Assembly: GCA_013374015.1 (NCBI GenBank)
Contig: BLLL01000012.1
Coordinates: 11,712-75,711 of the forward strand
Direction: 5' to 3'
Length of the DNA: 64,000 nucleotides
Source: Candidatus Desulfovibrio kirbyi
GTDB lineage: Bacteria > Desulfobacterota > Desulfovibrionia > Desulfovibrionales > Desulfovibrionaceae
Shown piece after piece: positions 61,125 through 64,000 of the stretch. The notes below the pieces were generated by a model. It was not told the origin of the DNA. It made no database searches and worked only from the letters and a program-made list of their open reading frames with translations. A program made the position numbers and the translations under genes. How positions within the stretch are numbered: position 1 is the first letter of the stretch; each line of letters begins with the position of its first letter.

Positions 61125-62480
61125 GTGGCAAAAATACGTGAAATATATGTCTGCTCTTCATGCAACGCGCAAACGCCGCAGTGGCGCGGGCAGTGCCCGA
61201 TGTGCAGGGAATGGAACACCCTGCGGACGACGACTCAGCCACGCAATTCCGTTGCCCGCGCGACATCGGGCGCCGCCCCCATCCCCCTGCGCAAGGTATC
61301 CGACGACGGGCAAAAGCCGTATCACAGCGGCATTGAAGCCCTGGACAGGGTGCTCGGCAACGGCCTGATTCCCGGATCAGCCCTGCTGGTGGGGGGAGAA
61401 CCAGGAATCGGTAAATCCACCCTGCTGTTGCAGGTAGCCGGTTGTGTGGCCTTGCAGGGCCGGAGTGCGCTGTACGTCACCGGCGAGGAATCCCTGCCTC
61501 AAATCAGAGCAAGGGCCGAGCGTCTCGGCATGTTGTCCCCCAATCTGCTTGCGCTGGCAACCTCACGTGTGGAAGACGCGCTGGACGCCATGACATCCGC
61601 CCCACCCGCGCTCATCATTGTCGATTCTGTGCAGACCATGACAGCTACCGGAGCGGAAGGTTTGCCGGGCAATGTCACCCAGGTGCGCGCTGTCGCCACG
61701 TCTCTTGTTGAGGCGGCTCGTCTGTCCGGGGCCACGCTTGTTCTGGTCGGGCATGTGACAAAGGACGGCGTTCTGGCAGGACCGCGGCTTCTGGAGCACA
61801 TGGTGGACACGGTGATTTCGCTGGAGGGGGACCGCCGTCAGATGTTCCGTTTGCTGCGCGTTTTCAAAAACCGCTTCGGCCCCAATGAGGAGCTGTTGGT
61901 CTTTCATATGGAGTCCGGCGGTATGCGCGTGGTGGACGATCCTTCCACATTTTTTCTCGGCGCGCGCGACGCCTCCCTGTCCGGCACTGCCGTTGTCATG
62001 GCTGTGGACGGGCGGCGCCCCCTGGCGGTTGAGGTACAGGCCCTTGTGACGCGCACTTTTTTGAGCATTCCGCGCCGCACGGCGCTGGGCTTTGATGTCA
62101 ACCGCCTGCATCTGCTGCTGGCGGTGCTGGAAAAACGTCTCAAAATAAATTTCGCCCAAGTGGACATATACGCCAAGGTCGGCGGCGGCATACGCCTGCA
62201 GGAGCCGGGGCTTGATCTGGCGCTGGTAGCCGCCCTGCTTTCCTCGTATTATGACGTCCCCTTACCGGAGAAATGCGTTCTCTGGGGAGAAGTAGATCTG
62301 AACGGACAGGTGCGGCCTGTCGCGGCCCAGGAACAGCGCCTGATGCAGGCAAAACGTCTGGGCTTTGATCCTGTCGTCCACCCCGACAAGATGCGCGGCG
62401 GCATCCCCGCCGTAGCGGCCCTGCTGCAACCATTCTTTAAGCGGTACAGTGAGACAACAAAAAAGCCCCCAGGCCGTTAG
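61125..62480 (+). CDS. radA: DNA repair protein RadA/Sms
   Basis: Has a zinc finger CSSCNAQTPQWRGQCPMC, Walker A GEPGIGKST, the KNRFG motif and a Lon-like C-terminus. It starts at GTG. Confidence 0.95.
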   Translation: MAKIREIYVCSSCNAQTPQWRGQCPMCREWNTLRTTTQPRNSVARATSGAAPIPLRKVSDDGQKPYHSGIEALDRVLGNGLIPGSALLVGGEPGIGKSTLLLQVAGCVALQGRSALYVTGEESLPQIRARAERLGMLSPNLLALATSRVEDALDAMTSAPPALIIVDSVQTMTATGAEGLPGNVTQVRAVATSLVEAARLSGATLVLVGHVTKDGVLAGPRLLEHMVDTVISLEGDRRQMFRLLRVFKNRFGPNEELLVFHMESGGMRVVDDPSTFFLGARDASLSGTAVVMAVDGRRPLAVEVQALVTRTFLSIPRRTALGFDVNRLHLLLAVLEKRLKINFAQVDIYAKVGGGIRLQEPGLDLALVAALLSSYYDVPLPEKCVLWGEVDLNGQVRPVAAQEQRLMQAKRLGFDPVVHPDKMRGGIPAVAALLQPFFKRYSETTKKPPGR

Positions 62481-63447
62481 CTAAAACTCGTATTTCATCT
62501 GAAGACTACCCTGCCAGCCTTTTCCCTCACACCAGTGAAACCCTGAATACCGATGTTAAGCGAGAATGCCCTATCTTCAGTAGGTATAGTCTTCAAACAA
62601 AACTCTCCCATGACTGTATCACCACAAAGAATGGGTGAAGCTATTTCATTATTCCATACTGTTGAGGTTTACCTGACCATCAAACTCGTGTTCATATGCA
62701 ACACCTAAATAGTGGAAACATACTTGTTCATTGCATAAGTTAAACGAGTTCCAGCTTTCAAACGCCTTGAAGTAATTGCATCAACTTGCTAGCTTCATAT
62801 CATTGCTATCTTGCTGTGATAAAAATTAGTGAAGTATGTATCCAGAGAGAAATCATTAATATTGAACAGCACAAACTGTACTTTCTTTTGCAATATACCT
62901 TTCACAAATCACAAAAGTTTTAATCTTTAATATTCTGTCTCTAATTGCAACTGTAGTCGAAATAGTAAATTTAAAATTTAGAAATTTTACAAATTTTATT
63001 TTTTCCTGTATAAATATTATCGTGCAATATATTACAAGTAAAAGTATCATTTTCAATAACTGAACTTTATGAACCATACAATTCACTTGTACCATCATGA
63101 TTAAATGATACGTTATCTTCCAATTTAATAACATTTTTAGTAGAACTACCTGTAAGACTATCAATATAACCGCCATAAACATTACCAGTTACTGAACTGT
63201 CTGTCAGGTACACTTTACCTATAGCATTAGCTGTTGTACCAGATTCTGCGATAGCGCCATAAATCAAATTAGCTTCACTATCCGTTAGTATAACTGTTCC
63301 TGTTGCAGTAGCAATGCCTTTTGCGGTAACAGCAACGGAGACGCGATTCAAGGCAATGGCAGCAGAAGCGGACATTCCAGCAGCGTTGGCCGTACTTGAC
63401 CGTCTGGATAGACAGGCACAGCCCTCATAACGACTCATGTATCCCAT
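62481..63447 (-). pseudogene. decayed AT-rich autotransporter (passenger repeats plus beta-barrel C-terminus), multiple frameshifts and stops
   Basis: Minus-strand fragments lie in different frames. They include the terminal strand GSLQMKYEF-stop ending at 62481, AFSLNIGIQGFTGVRE, FHYLGVAYEHEFDGQVNLN, and passenger-like repeats NVYGGYIDSLTGSSTKNVIKLEDNVSF in the 63067-63447 ORF. Confidence 0.6.
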
Positions 63448-63950
63448 CCAAAATCGAAAGCCCTCCCTCAGAGGTGATGGTCAGGCTGCGTCGGCATATC
63501 TCCCACCAGACCTTGCGCTGATCGCTCCACTTGAAACCTGCTTTTGCCAGAATCTGCTTTTTGTCTCTGGTGTTGCCGCTGGCGCGGTTCTGAAGGTAGC
63601 GCGGGAGGTGCTGCCGATTTTGGGGTGGTATCAGCATCCGGCATTTGCTTCTTGCGTCTGGTATGGGCAGGTCTATCCATCCCTGCCATCATCTGCCATT
63701 GTCCGCTGTCAGCATGAGTTAGCTTGGTCAAGACCCATGTGGCCGGATTCCACCGGCACAGGGTATTACGAAAACCAAATGCTGTTGGCAATCAGAGCTT
63801 CACGGCAGGAGTCCATGACGGAATTGAGGGTTGCATAGCGTGAATGGGAGAAAGTGTTCTCCCTGTCCTTGAAAGCGGGTTGCAGTTCAGATTTTAAGGT
63901 CTGAAAAAAATTAAGCTCCCTTAATTTTTGAACGTCACATTATTTATGGT
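63425..63950 (-). pseudogene. ERF-family (phage single-strand annealing protein)-like remnant, disrupted
   Basis: On the minus strand, LKSELQPAFKDRENTFSHSRYATLNSVMDSCREALIANSIWFS ends at a TAA. A VLTKLTHADSGQWQ segment follows in another frame, then a ...PRYLQNRASGN...AKAGFKWSDQRKVWW tail in a third frame. No intact start codon is present. Confidence 0.4.
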
Positions 63951-64000
63951 GATTGTTCCTAACTTCTACAAACTATTTTTTGAAAGGCTAACCGGTTTGA

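Overview
This window looks like a core chromosomal segment of a high-GC, Desulfovibrio-like sulfate reducer. That assignment is an inference from a classical tetraheme cytochrome c3, an NfnAB/SudAB-type pair and overall gene content. About 95% of the window is tightly packed housekeeping genes. In order they are: FtsX/ABC ATPase, cytochrome c3, hemL, thiL, a UvrD-family helicase, a membrane-fused spermidine-synthase-like protein, a TauE/SafE permease, murI, HU, tyrS, a LarA-like protein, recR, dnaX, ilvE, truB-rpsO-pnp, murA, tRNA-His/Pro, glyQS, recO, a RodZ-like protein, two SurA-like chaperones, mfd, prfA, rpmE, an M23 peptidase, ruvAB, an aminotransferase, a Fur-family regulator, a Ktr/Trk K+ uptake pair, the NfnAB-type pair, a PHP phosphatase, a ModF-like double ATPase, DedA, the cluster tRNA-Thr/Tyr/Gly-tuf-rpmG-tRNA-Trp-secE-nusG-rplKAJL, an NhaD/ArsB-type permease, a TrmH-like methylase, a flippase and radA. 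The ORF track uses alternative start codons and the longest ORF, so I trimmed several N-termini to where homology and an RBS begin. I do not see a convincing new multi-gene system such as a defence island, CRISPR array or toxin-antitoxin module. The observations worth a second look are listed here. (1) An intrinsic terminator with a competing hairpin sits in the 5' leader of tyrS, and I cannot assign it to a canonical T-box. (2) A near-consensus sigma54 promoter is followed by a weak terminator-like hairpin upstream of a small acidic ORF. (3) A 41-aa in-frame-deleted YbaB/EbfC remnant lies between dnaX and recR. (4) A sharply AT-rich decayed island starts immediately after radA and carries a multiply frameshifted autotransporter pseudogene abutting an ERF-like phage recombinase remnant. 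(5) Other gene-decay and mobile-DNA scars are present: a cbiG fragment, an IS630 transposase tail, a 35-bp duplication of a gene 3' end and a tRNA-Gly 3'-end echo. (6) Structured intergenic elements occur upstream of the speE-like and tauE-like genes. (7) An uncharacterised lipoprotein plus Cys-motif protein pair lies upstream of ruvAB. All homology calls were made by eye from translated motifs, with no database search run.
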